Shown here piece after piece: positions 1 to 9,667 of a DNA stretch of 64,000 bases (the stretch's first letter is position 1; every line of letters starts with the position of its first letter). This DNA comes from Nitrospirota bacterium (GTDB taxonomy: Bacteria > Nitrospirota > Nitrospiria > 2-01-FULL-66-17). The notes beneath the pieces were generated by a model. That model worked only from the letters and a program-made list of their open reading frames with translations, made no database searches and was not told the origin of the DNA. Both the position numbers and the translations under genes were made by a program. Where the stretch lies: positions 64,001 through 128,000 of the forward strand of contig JBMOMC010000002.1 of assembly GCA_049325335.1 (NCBI GenBank), written 5' to 3'.

Positions 1-1619
1 TCAAGGCCGTCAAAGCGTCGAAGATGTATCTGCCGGAGCACGAGATTTGCCGGAAGTTCCGAGACGATTTTGCAGGGCGGCTGTTGCGGCATCTGGACGA
101 ACAGGGCGACCTGGCGCTGACGGTCAAGGGGTGCGAGTTCTATGTCGGAGACACGCCGGTGTATGAGGAGCCCAACCGGTTCGAGAATCTGGCGTTTCGG
201 TGTTCGTCGGACGGCCTTTGTGAATTGGTCCTCCACCAGGGGCTGACGCGCGCAGACCTCGACCGGTTGTTGGATGTGCTCACGTCCGACGCGCGGCCGC
301 TGGACAACGACATTGTCACTAGGTTGTGGGAGCAGCCGATTCCGCACGTCACGTATGAAGTGGCCGAGGTCGATGAAGCCTCGGATCGCGAGGTGGCGCT
401 GTCATCCCGACCGCCGGGCGCGAGATCGTTGTCCGAAGCCGCTGATGACGCTCCAGGGGCCGGGGCGCCCGCTCCTGAGCCGGAGGTCATTCCCGACTCG
501 CTGCGTCATGACAGTCCGGTGTTCACGCTGACGGATCAGGACATCGAGTTGCTGCAACGGCAAGTGGTGGAAGACAGCACGCAGGATTACGTGGGGCAGT
601 TGATCGATATTCTGACGTCGATTCTGATGTTGGACGACGATGAGCAGTCGTTTCTGGAAGTGTTGCAGGTGTTGGACGACATTGTGGCCGCCAGCGTCAC
701 GCAGGATCGGTTCGAGCGCGCCAACGATATCGTGAGCCGGTTGTCGGCGTTGCGGGACGACGAGGTCAAGGTCTCGGCGCGCAGTCGCGAGTTGATTCGC
801 GTAGTCTGGACCCAGATGGGGAGTTGGGAGCGCGTGGCGCCCTTGGGGAATTCCCTCAGTCGGCAAGGCGCGTGGGAGTCGGACGCCATTGCGCGCTATC
901 TGATCCAACTGCCGTCTTCCGCCGTGGACTCGCTGATCACTCTGCTCGATCACGTGCAGACCGCCAAAGGGCGACGGATCATTTGCGACGCGTTGACCGC
1001 GTTTGCGGGCGAGGCGCTGGACGCCATGCTCTCGCGGCTTCCGGAGGCGCCTTGGTACGTGGCGCGCAATCTGATCTATGTTCTGGGGCGCGTGAAGGAT
1101 CCTCGTGCTCAGCCGGCATTGGAAACGTTCATGGGGCATGCCGATGTGCGCCTTCGCCGCGAAACGCTCAAGGCGTTGGAAGCGCTCGGCGCCGAGCGGC
1201 TGGCCGAGGCGCTTCCCCAGTGGTTGGGTGATGATGACGACGGGGTGCGACTGCACGTGCTTCGTTTGGCGCGCCGTCATCCATCGCGGGATCTTCTGGC
1301 GGCCTTGATCGCGGCGATCAATGACCGCGGGTTTGCCCACCGCAAGGACGCGGAACAGCGCGAGTGGTTTGATACGCTCGCGGATGTTGGGGGCGACGCG
1401 GCGTTGTCGCTGATCCGGCCGTGGTTGGAGCTGGGACGCGGGTGGCGGCAACTCTGGTCGGCGCGGCACGATGCGCGGGCGCGGCATGCCGTGGCGCTGG
1501 TGCGGCGAGTCGGGTCCTCCGCCGCGGTGGCGCTCTTGCGGGAAACCGTCGCGTCCGCGCGAGGGGACATCCGCGAGGAAGCGCGCCGCGCCCTGCAGGA
1601 CCTGGAGCGTGCGGCGTGA
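1..1619 (+). CDS. HEAT-repeat domain protein (probably 5'-truncated by the window edge)
   Basis: Frame is open from the window start (KAVKASK-MYLPEH...). HEAT-like repeats such as WYVARNLIYVLGRV and ADVRLRRETLKAL. Stop overlaps the GTG of the next gene. Confidence 0.75.
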   Translation, partial: KAVKASKMYLPEHEICRKFRDDFAGRLLRHLDEQGDLALTVKGCEFYVGDTPVYEEPNRFENLAFRCSSDGLCELVLHQGLTRADLDRLLDVLTSDARPLDNDIVTRLWEQPIPHVTYEVAEVDEASDREVALSSRPPGARSLSEAADDAPGAGAPAPEPEVIPDSLRHDSPVFTLTDQDIELLQRQVVEDSTQDYVGQLIDILTSILMLDDDEQSFLEVLQVLDDIVAASVTQDRFERANDIVSRLSALRDDEVKVSARSRELIRVVWTQMGSWERVAPLGNSLSRQGAWESDAIARYLIQLPSSAVDSLITLLDHVQTAKGRRIICDALTAFAGEALDAMLSRLPEAPWYVARNLIYVLGRVKDPRAQPALETFMGHADVRLRRETLKALEALGAERLAEALPQWLGDDDDGVRLHVLRLARRHPSRDLLAALIAAINDRGFAHRKDAEQREWFDTLADVGGDAALSLIRPWLELGRGWRQLWSARHDARARHAVALVRRVGSSAAVALLRETVASARGDIREEARRALQDLERAA

Positions 1620-3085
1620 CGCGCGGCGGGACTCCTCATCACGCGGCGCCCAAACTGTTCGATGCGGTCAAGGGCAGTCACATCCGAGACGAGAACCTGC
1701 ACCGGATCGGCAAACGCCTCGTGTATCAAGTTCACATTCTCCTCAAGACCGCGCACATCCATTTGGCGGGCAACGTGGCGCTGAGTCAATCCGCGGACCG
1801 GCTGGTCAAGACCGTCGTGGAGGTGCACGACTGGCGGGCCGAGCCCGTGTTGCGCCAGGACGGCGATCATGTATACCTCGATGACATTCGGCTCAAGGTT
1901 GATCTGGAAGGGTACATCGGGTTCAGCGAAGTGATCGCCGCTATGCAGGCGCGCGGGGTGGGAAGCGTTCGGTTCGACGCGGGCCTGAGCCCTGGAGACG
2001 TCATCGCGTTCGCGCACGAGTGGGCGACCGCCGCGACCACGACCGCGGAGGAACTGGGCGCGGCCCTGACCCGCGTTGGGGTGTCGCACGTGGAGGTTGC
2101 CCCGCCGCTGTCGGCCCGCGCGAAGCCGTCCCGCGAACACGAGAGCCAGAAAGCGGTGGCCAAACGCACCTACTTCCGCACGATCTCCGCCGTCGCGGAG
2201 GTGATGGAGAGCGTCAAACTCAAACAGGCGGTGGGCGTACGAAAGTCCAAACGCGTGGTGCAGGGCCTCGTGGACAACCTGTTGCAGGATGAGAACACCT
2301 TGCTGGGTCTCACCACGCTGCGAAGCCACGACGAATACACGTACAGCCATTGCGTGAACGTCTGTATCCTCGCGCTCTCGATCGGTCAGCGGCTGGGTTA
2401 TGAACGGACGCACCTGTCCGAACTCGGCGTAGCCGCCCTGTTCCACGACGTGGGGAAGACGGACATTCCACTGGAGATCCTGAACAAGGCGGGGGATTTC
2501 ACGCCGGAGGACTGGCGGGTCATTCGGCGGCATCCCGTGTATGGCGTGAAAAGCCTGTTGCGCCTCAAGGGGCTCGACGACGTGTCCACGAAGATCGTGA
2601 TCGCGGGATTCGAGCATCACCTCAATTATGACTTGTCGGGGTATCCCAAGATCGCAGTGCCGCGCAAACTCACCTTGTTCGGGCGGATCATCTCGCTCGC
2701 GGATTGTTACGACGCCATGACCGCCTCGCGCGTGTACAGCCGGGTGCCGCTGTCGCCCGACAAGGCGTTGAGCCTCATGGCGGCCAAGGCCGGGACGGTG
2801 TACGACCCGTTATTGCTCAAGGTGTTCGCCAACACGATGGGCGTGTACCCGGTGGGGACGATTGTGCGGTTCGACACCGGGGAACTGGCGGTGGTCGTCG
2901 GTGGCCACCAGTCCGCGGATCGCCGCGCGCATCCATTGGTCAAACTTATTCGTGACGCCTCGGGCCGCGAGGTGGACGGGGACACGATCGACCTCGCGGC
3001 CGCGAACGCGCGTCCGACGCGTCGGATCGTGGACACCGCGGACGCCCAGTCGCTCGGCATCGACCTCGCCCGGTACTTTCTGTAG
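1616..3085 (+). CDS. HD-GYP domain c-di-GMP phosphodiesterase
   Basis: DEYTYSHCVNV, LFHDVGK, EHH..SGYP and ADCYDAMT motifs. GTG start overlaps the upstream TGA. Confidence 0.85.
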   Translation: MTRGGTPHHAAPKLFDAVKGSHIRDENLHRIGKRLVYQVHILLKTAHIHLAGNVALSQSADRLVKTVVEVHDWRAEPVLRQDGDHVYLDDIRLKVDLEGYIGFSEVIAAMQARGVGSVRFDAGLSPGDVIAFAHEWATAATTTAEELGAALTRVGVSHVEVAPPLSARAKPSREHESQKAVAKRTYFRTISAVAEVMESVKLKQAVGVRKSKRVVQGLVDNLLQDENTLLGLTTLRSHDEYTYSHCVNVCILALSIGQRLGYERTHLSELGVAALFHDVGKTDIPLEILNKAGDFTPEDWRVIRRHPVYGVKSLLRLKGLDDVSTKIVIAGFEHHLNYDLSGYPKIAVPRKLTLFGRIISLADCYDAMTASRVYSRVPLSPDKALSLMAAKAGTVYDPLLLKVFANTMGVYPVGTIVRFDTGELAVVVGGHQSADRRAHPLVKLIRDASGREVDGDTIDLAAANARPTRRIVDTADAQSLGIDLARYFL

Positions 3086-3211
3086 CCGCAGCGCGGTCTC
3101 CCCTTGATTTTCCCTCAGGCTGTGGTGTATCTCTATCCCGGTTTTGGGGACGGGTGTCCCCCTCCGGAATATGCATCCAACTGACATGAGAGAGGGGAGG
3201 TGATCGTAGTG

Positions 3212-3508
3212 ATGAAGAAGCTCGTGGTGGTGCCCTTGATTGCCGCGCTGTTGATGCTGCCCTTGACCGGGTGTGAATCCAAAAAGCTCAAAGAGGAGAA
3301 CGCGAGTCTGAAACAACAAGTGGACTCGTTGACCCAAGAGAAGAACGGGTTGGCGGCGAAGACCGACGAATTGAGCAAGTCCAACATGGACCTCCAGGCG
3401 AAGATCGGCGACTTGGAAAAGAAGGTGGAAGAGTTGTCAAAGCCGAAACCGGCTCCGAAGCCCGCGGCGAAGGCGCCCGCCAAGAAAGCTCCGGCGAAGA
3501 AGAAGTAA
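3212..3508 (+). CDS. Small coiled-coil lipoprotein with K/A/P-rich tail
   Basis: GGAGG RBS, signal peptide with LTGC lipobox, heptad repeats. Paralog at 7082. Confidence 0.8.
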   Translation: MKKLVVVPLIAALLMLPLTGCESKKLKEENASLKQQVDSLTQEKNGLAAKTDELSKSNMDLQAKIGDLEKKVEELSKPKPAPKPAAKAPAKKAPAKKK

Positions 3509-3530
3509 GGCGGTTGTCGATGATGTGTCG

Positions 3531-3560
3531 CGAGGGCGGACCGATTCGGTCCGCCCTTCG
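3531..3560 (+). terminator. GC-rich hairpin, probable terminator
   Basis: CGAGGGCGGACC-GATTC-GGTCCGCCCTTCG just after the stop codon; weak U-tract. Confidence 0.5.
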
Positions 3561-3654
3561 TGTTGTGGCTCCGCGTCATTCGTGGGGTGGCGTAGGGCTG
3601 CTGGGTTCAGGGCTTTACACGGTTCTGCGGCCGGCAGTAGGATAGCGGGACCCG

Positions 3655-5151
3655 ATGGTTACGCCACGCCTCCGTTCCGCCGCCCCGCGCGGTCCGTTCC
3701 GCGCGTTCCAACGTCTTCATCTCACCACCAAACTCCTCTTGATGATGGGAGTGCTGACCGTGCTATCGCTCGGTTCGGTCTTCCTGTTCTATGCGTATAA
3801 TGAACGACTGCTCATTCGAGAGATTACCGAGAATGTGAACGATCTCTCATCCGCGATCCAGATCAGCGGCGAGGAATTGACCAGCCAGGCGTCCACCAAC
3901 GAGGGCCGGCTTCAAGATTATGTGGGCCGGTTGACTAAAAAGGGCGTGCGGGAAATTTCCATCATCAGTAACTCCGAAAAGGTCATTGCCAGCTCAAACC
4001 CGACTCGCGTGGGCCAGAAAATCAACCCGCATCGCAAGGATTTGTTCATCACGGCGCGACTGGGCGAGGGCAACGCCGAAGGCGTTCAGACCCATAATCT
4101 CTTGGTGCCGATTGTCGTGGACAAGCAACAGGTCGGCTACGCCCACATCATGTTGGTGATGGACGATTACGAGCGGCTGCTCCGGACGAATCTGATCAAA
4201 CGGTTGATGGTGACGGGCGGGATCTTCGGGCTCGGAGCCGGACTGGTGCTGTTTTTGTCGTGGCGGTACACGCGTCCCATCTATCAGGTCGTTGCGGTCG
4301 CCAAGCAAGTGGCCGCGGGCAACCTGTCGGCCACGCTTCCTCAAGACCGCGGCGACGAAATCGGCGAGCTGATTGCCAGCGTGAACGAGATGGTCGATCG
4401 GCTCAGAGAGCAGCGCGCCTTGGAAGACCGGCTGCGCGAGGCCGAGCGGTTTTCGGCGTTGGGGCAGCTCGCGGCTGGGATTGCCCACGAGATCCGCAAT
4501 CCACTGAATTTCATCAGCCTGTCCCTCGACCGCGTTCGAGATCTCGTCAAGCGGGAGGATGGCGGCCGATCCGATGAGATCCCGGCGCTCCTCGGGAGTA
4601 TCAAGGGCGAGGTGTTCCGGCTCAATCGCCTGATCGATAGTTTTTTGAAGTACGGGCGTCCGGTGAAGCTGGCGCGGCAGTGGGTGTCGGTGCGCGCGCT
4701 GCTGGACGACGTGATCGCGCTGGTCCGCCCGAAAGCGGATGAAGCCCGCGTGGCGCTGTCGGTGGACGGGGAGTCCCTTCCGCCGTGTTTCGTGGATCCC
4801 GAGCAGATCACCCGGTGCGTCATGAACGTGATGCTCAATGCCTTTCAGTCGATGCCGGACGGCGGGAGACTGCGCGTGGTCTTGGCCTTGGAGCCCGGGG
4901 GCGACGAGTCCGTCGGGCGGTTCGTGCGGCTGGCAATCGGGGACACCGGGGCCGGTATCGGAGAAGAGGACTTGTCCCGGGTGTTCGAACCGTATTTTAC
5001 GACCAAGAAGCTGGGCATCGGTCTGGGACTAGCCCTGACCAAGCAGATTATCGAAGAACACGGCGGGACGATCGCGATTGCCAGCCGGATCGGCGAGGGA
5101 ACCACGGTCTCGATGCGGGTGCCGGTCGGACGCGACGAGGCGCGCGGATGA
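3655..5151 (+). CDS. Membrane sensor histidine kinase (HAMP-HisKA-HATPase)
   Basis: Two TM segments, HAMP (DEIGEL), H-box AHEIRNPL, N/G1/F/G2 boxes. Confidence 0.92.
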   Translation: MVTPRLRSAAPRGPFRAFQRLHLTTKLLLMMGVLTVLSLGSVFLFYAYNERLLIREITENVNDLSSAIQISGEELTSQASTNEGRLQDYVGRLTKKGVREISIISNSEKVIASSNPTRVGQKINPHRKDLFITARLGEGNAEGVQTHNLLVPIVVDKQQVGYAHIMLVMDDYERLLRTNLIKRLMVTGGIFGLGAGLVLFLSWRYTRPIYQVVAVAKQVAAGNLSATLPQDRGDEIGELIASVNEMVDRLREQRALEDRLREAERFSALGQLAAGIAHEIRNPLNFISLSLDRVRDLVKREDGGRSDEIPALLGSIKGEVFRLNRLIDSFLKYGRPVKLARQWVSVRALLDDVIALVRPKADEARVALSVDGESLPPCFVDPEQITRCVMNVMLNAFQSMPDGGRLRVVLALEPGGDESVGRFVRLAIGDTGAGIGEEDLSRVFEPYFTTKKLGIGLGLALTKQIIEEHGGTIAIASRIGEGTTVSMRVPVGRDEARG

Positions 5152-6512
5152 CGCGATCGCTGCTGGTGGTGGACGACGAGCGCTCGCAACGCGAGATTCT
5201 GGAGCGTATTCTTCGCGACGAGGGGTACGAGGTGCGCACCGCGGGGACGGCGCGGGAGGCGGCCTCGATTCAGCGCCGTGGTCCGTGTGACGTCGTCCTG
5301 AGCGACGTGAAGATGCCGGACACCGAGGGGGTGTCCGTGCTGAACGATCTGCTCGGCGCGGCGCCAAACTCGACCGTGATCCTGATGACCGCGCACGGAA
5401 CGATCGACTCCGCGGTGGACGCGATGAAAAAGGGCGCGTTCGACTACCTGACGAAGCCGCTGGATAAGGATGAGTTGCTGATCACCATCGCGCGGGCGTT
5501 CGAGCGCGTGAGCCTCTTGCGGGAGAACCGGCGGCTGCGCCAAGAACTAGATGACCGCGTTCGGGTCGGAAGCCTCATCGGACACCACCCGTCGATGCAG
5601 GACATCATCAAGGTCATCAAGAAGGTGGCGCCCAGCGCGTCGACCGTCTTGATCGTGGGTGAGAGCGGCACCGGCAAAGAGCTCATTGCGCGCGCGATTC
5701 ATGATGAGAGCCCCCGACGGGAGCTGCCGTTTCAGGCGATCAACTGCGCGGCCATTCCCGATCCGCTGATGGAAAGCGAACTGTTCGGCTATGAGAAGGG
5801 GGCGTTCTCCGGCGCGCAGACTCGCAGCATCGGCCTCTTCGAGGCGGCTCACCGCGGGACGATCTTCCTGGATGAGATCGGCGACCTCGGGCTCGGTCTG
5901 CAGGCGAAAATCTTGCGCACGTTGCAGGAGCGGACGATTCGCCGGGTCGGGGGACAAGAAGAAGTCCCGATCGACGTTCGCGTGGTGGCGGCGACCAACA
6001 AAGACCTCGAAGCGGAGATCACCGCGGGTCGGTTCCGTCTGGATCTGTTCTATCGCCTCAACGTGGTGACGCTCCGGGTGCCGCCGCTTCGCGAGCGTAC
6101 GGCGGACATCCCGTACCTGGTCGACGCGTTTCTTCACAAACACGAGGGTATGGACCGTGGCGCCAAGACCATCTCGAAAGACGCACTGCGCGTGCTGATG
6201 GACTATCCGTGGCCGGGCAACGTCCGTCAGTTGGCCGCGACCATCGAGCGCGCGGTACTGCTCTGCGAGAAAGATGAAATTCAGGTGGATGATCTCCCGC
6301 CGGAAATCCGTCGGCCGCCGTCTCCGCTTCCCACCCCGTTTCAACTCCCGGTCGGCGGCGTGTCGCTCGATCAGCTCGAACGATCCTTGATCGAACAGGC
6401 GATGGCTCAGAGTCATGGAGTGATCGCCAAGGCCGCCCGTCTCCTCGGGCTCTCATACAAGACGCTCCAATATCGGCTCGAGAAGTTGCGGGCCGCCGAC
6501 CCGCCGACCTGA
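5148..6512 (+). CDS. Sigma54-dependent response regulator (NtrC/AtoC family)
   Basis: Receiver domain (VVDDE, SDVKMP), GESGTGKE, GAFSGA, C-terminal Fis-type HTH. ATGA overlap with the kinase gene. Confidence 0.95.
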   Translation: MTRSLLVVDDERSQREILERILRDEGYEVRTAGTAREAASIQRRGPCDVVLSDVKMPDTEGVSVLNDLLGAAPNSTVILMTAHGTIDSAVDAMKKGAFDYLTKPLDKDELLITIARAFERVSLLRENRRLRQELDDRVRVGSLIGHHPSMQDIIKVIKKVAPSASTVLIVGESGTGKELIARAIHDESPRRELPFQAINCAAIPDPLMESELFGYEKGAFSGAQTRSIGLFEAAHRGTIFLDEIGDLGLGLQAKILRTLQERTIRRVGGQEEVPIDVRVVAATNKDLEAEITAGRFRLDLFYRLNVVTLRVPPLRERTADIPYLVDAFLHKHEGMDRGAKTISKDALRVLMDYPWPGNVRQLAATIERAVLLCEKDEIQVDDLPPEIRRPPSPLPTPFQLPVGGVSLDQLERSLIEQAMAQSHGVIAKAARLLGLSYKTLQYRLEKLRAADPPT

Positions 6513-6624
6513 ACACCCCAAATGGGGTAGGCGGTCGCCGCATTTCGGGTATCGCGGCGGCCACGCGTTCGGGCCACGGTTTGCAACTCTCTCGATTGCC
6601 GAGTGTTTTAACCCCGTCATGCTC

Positions 6625-6641
6625 CTGGCACGCCCTATGCT
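6625..6641 (+). promoter_or_regulatory. Sigma54 -24/-12 promoter
   Basis: CTGGCACGCCCTATGCT has exact GG-N10-GC spacing. Upstream palindromic sites at 6515-6528 and 6537-6550. Confidence 0.75.
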
Positions 6642-6676
6642 GTAGCGAGCTGTTTCAAGAAAGGAGGTGATGTCAG

Positions 6677-6940
6677 ATGAAGCAGTGGCTCAAGAGTGTG
6701 TGCGCGATGGCGGCGGTGTTGGTGTTCGCGGCGGCGGCGTATGCCGGGATGACCTCGGTCAGCGGCGAGGTCGCCAAGTACGAAGCCGGGAAGACCCTCT
6801 CGGTCAAAGACGCCAAGGGCGCGGTGGCGATGTTCGAGATCTCCAAGGACACGAAGGTCGAAGGCGAGGTGAAAGTTGGCGCCAAGGTGTCCGTGGAGGC
6901 TGATGGAAACAAGGCCCATTCGGTCAAAGCGGCCAAATAA
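6677..6940 (+). CDS. Small secreted beta-rich protein (OB-fold/DUF5666-like)
   Basis: AGGAGG RBS, Sec signal ending AYA, KDTKVEGEVKVGAKVSVE motif. Paralog at 49755. Confidence 0.8.
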   Translation: MKQWLKSVCAMAAVLVFAAAAYAGMTSVSGEVAKYEAGKTLSVKDAKGAVAMFEISKDTKVEGEVKVGAKVSVEADGNKAHSVKAAK

Positions 6941-7081
6941 CGGTCGGGTCTGATTCCGGCACGGTACGGTAGGGGCGCCGATCCTCTCGGGAGGGGGATC
7001 GGCGGCGCGCGCCGCACGGGCTTGCTTCCTTCTACCGTACCTGCCGGACGGCCTTGGCGTGAACACGACGGGAGACGCAAG

Positions 7082-7417
7082 ATGATGATGCGACGGGTGA
7101 TGCCGTGGGTGGCGATCGGGCTGGTGGCCGTGTTGCCGATCCTCGGAGGTTGTGAAAGCAAACAACAACGGGAGGACAACGCAAAACTCAAGGCGCAGGT
7201 CCAAGCGTTGACGCAGGAGAAGGGCGAGTTGCAACGCAAGGTGGACGGCGCGCAACAAGAGCAGGCTCAGCTCAAGACGAAAGTCGATGAGTTGACGAAA
7301 AAAATCAGCGACGCGGAGGCCAAGCTGGCCGCGGCGGCCAAGCCCGCTCCCAAGGCGGCGAAAGTAACGGTCAAGCCGGCGGCCAAACCCGCCCCCAAAC
7401 CGGCGGTCAAAAAGTAA
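7082..7417 (+). CDS. Small coiled-coil lipoprotein with K/A/P-rich tail
   Basis: LGGC lipobox; GCESK..EDNAKLKAQV matches the 3212 paralog. Confidence 0.8.
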   Translation: MMMRRVMPWVAIGLVAVLPILGGCESKQQREDNAKLKAQVQALTQEKGELQRKVDGAQQEQAQLKTKVDELTKKISDAEAKLAAAAKPAPKAAKVTVKPAAKPAPKPAVKK

Positions 7418-7442
7418 CCGTATCGAGCATCGGTTCTACCGA

Positions 7443-7470
7443 AGGGGCTTGCCTGGTCCGGCAGGCCCCT
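7443..7470 (+). terminator. Hairpin, possible terminator
   Basis: AGGGGCTTGCC-loop-GGCAGGCCCCT after the stop codon. Confidence 0.45.
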
Positions 7471-7556
7471 CGTGTATCAAGACCGAACAACGATTGACAG
7501 CAGCCGATTCGCCTCTATATTTGTGATGGCTGGATCTGCCGCCCGAGGAAACGATC

Positions 7557-7934
7557 GTGTTAGACCCCGAACAAACCATTCGTCCGGACCTTTCCCACCC
7601 GTATTTGCCGGGGCGAGAACCCGCGTATCCGTTGTTGCGCGTGTTGAGCGGGCCGCTGGAGGGGCGCGAGTTTACCCTGACGGCCGATCGGTACGCGGTG
7701 GGCCGTGACGTGCAATCGGATATCGTCATCGCGCAGCCGGAGGTCTCTCGCCGGCACGCCGAGATCATTCGGATGGCCAGCGAATACGTGGTGATGGACC
7801 TCAAAAGCGCCAACGGGATTTACATCAATAATTTGAAACTCGATCGAGCCGTGTTGCACCACGGCGACGTGTTCCAGATCGGCTCCTGTGTGTTTCAGTT
7901 CATCTGGAGCCGACACCAGTCGTCACCGCCGTAA
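7557..7934 (+). CDS. FHA domain protein
   Basis: VGR, VSRRHA, DLKSANG and LHHGD FHA signature residues. Confidence 0.9.
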   Translation: MLDPEQTIRPDLSHPYLPGREPAYPLLRVLSGPLEGREFTLTADRYAVGRDVQSDIVIAQPEVSRRHAEIIRMASEYVVMDLKSANGIYINNLKLDRAVLHHGDVFQIGSCVFQFIWSRHQSSPP

Positions 7935-7937
7935 CGC

Positions 7938-9563
7938 ATGGGCCGGCGCACACCCGCCAAGGGACGGTCGCGACGCCCGAGGGCGTCTCCACGGACGGCC
8001 GCGACGCCGTCGAAGCTCTCCACGCTCCTGGAACACCTCCCCGGCATGATGTATCGGTCGCGGGCCGACGGGCGTCACACGATCGAGTTCGCGAGCGAGG
8101 GGTGTTTCGACTTGACCGGGTATCGCCCCGAGGCGTTGACGGCCGGGATGACGAGGCCGGATCTGGTCCATCCCGACGACCAATGGTCCGTGGAGCGCGC
8201 CATTGGAGACGCGGTGGGCGCCAAACGCGCGTTTCGGGTGGAGTACCGATTGCGGACCGCGTCCGGGGAGACGCGGTGGGTCTCCGAGCAGGGGCGGGGA
8301 GTGTACACCCGTCGCGGCGCGCTCACCGCGGTGGAAGGCTACGTCAGCGACATCACGGAGCAGAAATCGGCCGAGCGGTTGCTGGCCGAGCAGGCGATCC
8401 GCGATGCGCTGACCGGTTTGTACAACCGCCGATTTTTCGACGAACGCATCGACATTGAGTTGGCCCGCGCCAGACGCAACGGCCACGCCGTCGCGTTTTT
8501 GATGTGCGATCTTGATCATTTTAAATCCATCAACGACAGCCGGGGGCATCAGATCGGCGACGAGGTGCTCAAGGCCGTGGCCAACGTGATCATGGCGGCC
8601 ACGCGCGGCAGCGACATGGTCGTGCGGTGGGGGGGCGATGAAGTCGTCATCGTATTGTCCGAAACGAACGAAGCCGGCGGCCGTATCGTGGCCGACCGCA
8701 TTCGGCGGGCGGTGTGTCGGCTGAGCGAGGCCCGGGACATCCGGTTCGACATCAGCATCGGGATCGCGGTGTTCCCGAGCCACGGCGAATCCGTGAGCCA
8801 GATCATTCGGCTCGCCGACCGCGCGCTGTATATCGCCAAAAAAAGCGGGGAGCGCATCCATGTCGGGGACGAACACTACCGGTTGGACGAACAGGCCATC
8901 AAAGTGGTGTTTCAGCCGATTGTGGACGTCTGGTCCGACCAGGTGTTGGGATACGAAGCCCTGAGCCGAGACCCCGAGGGCCGGTTGAGCGTGGCCGAGT
9001 TGTTTCGCAAGTACCACGTGGTGGGTCAACTCGACGAACTCAAAACGATCTGTTTCAAGGAGCAGTTGCGGGTCGCGGAGGAACTCCGATTGAACCGGAT
9101 TTTCCTGAACGTGGATTTCCACGTCTTGGAACATCTGGAACCGCCGCCCAAGCCGGACGGCACCGACGTCATCGTCGAAATCTCCGAGCGCGACGCGCTC
9201 CACGACGTGGAGCGGCATTTGGAGATCGCGGTGAAGTGGCGCGCGTGCGGCTACAAGTTCGCCATCGACGATTTCGGCGCGGGCTTCGTGTCGCTGCCGT
9301 TCGTGGCGCGGCTGATGCCCGAGTACATCAAGATCGACCGATCGCTGGTGCTCCAAGCCGTGGCGTCGGACACATTTAAGGGGTTTTCCAAACATCTCCT
9401 AATCGCCTTGAGGACCTATGCCACCGAGGGGATCATCGCCGAGGGGATCGAAACGGAACGAGAACTGGCGGCGATGAAGGGGATCGGGATTTTTATCATC
9501 CAAGGGTTTCTTTTGGGGCGTCCCCGGGCATTGGGGCCGGACCAGTCCGCCGACGCCGCGTAG
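7938..9563 (+). CDS. PAS-GGDEF-EAL protein (GGDEV variant)
   Basis: PAS/PAC, DALTGLYNRR, RxxD I-site, GGDEV, YEALSR, DDFGAG, AEGIET, QGF. Confidence 0.9.
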   Translation: MGRRTPAKGRSRRPRASPRTAATPSKLSTLLEHLPGMMYRSRADGRHTIEFASEGCFDLTGYRPEALTAGMTRPDLVHPDDQWSVERAIGDAVGAKRAFRVEYRLRTASGETRWVSEQGRGVYTRRGALTAVEGYVSDITEQKSAERLLAEQAIRDALTGLYNRRFFDERIDIELARARRNGHAVAFLMCDLDHFKSINDSRGHQIGDEVLKAVANVIMAATRGSDMVVRWGGDEVVIVLSETNEAGGRIVADRIRRAVCRLSEARDIRFDISIGIAVFPSHGESVSQIIRLADRALYIAKKSGERIHVGDEHYRLDEQAIKVVFQPIVDVWSDQVLGYEALSRDPEGRLSVAELFRKYHVVGQLDELKTICFKEQLRVAEELRLNRIFLNVDFHVLEHLEPPPKPDGTDVIVEISERDALHDVERHLEIAVKWRACGYKFAIDDFGAGFVSLPFVARLMPEYIKIDRSLVLQAVASDTFKGFSKHLLIALRTYATEGIIAEGIETERELAAMKGIGIFIIQGFLLGRPRALGPDQSADAA

Positions 9564-9667
9564 GCTCGGCCCCTCGTAGGATTCCTCCGTACGGCGCCGG
9601 CCGTCACGAGTCCGGCGTCAGCCGCCTCGGGGTGCGTGATCGTGCCGGAACCGTCCGGCGCACGCTG

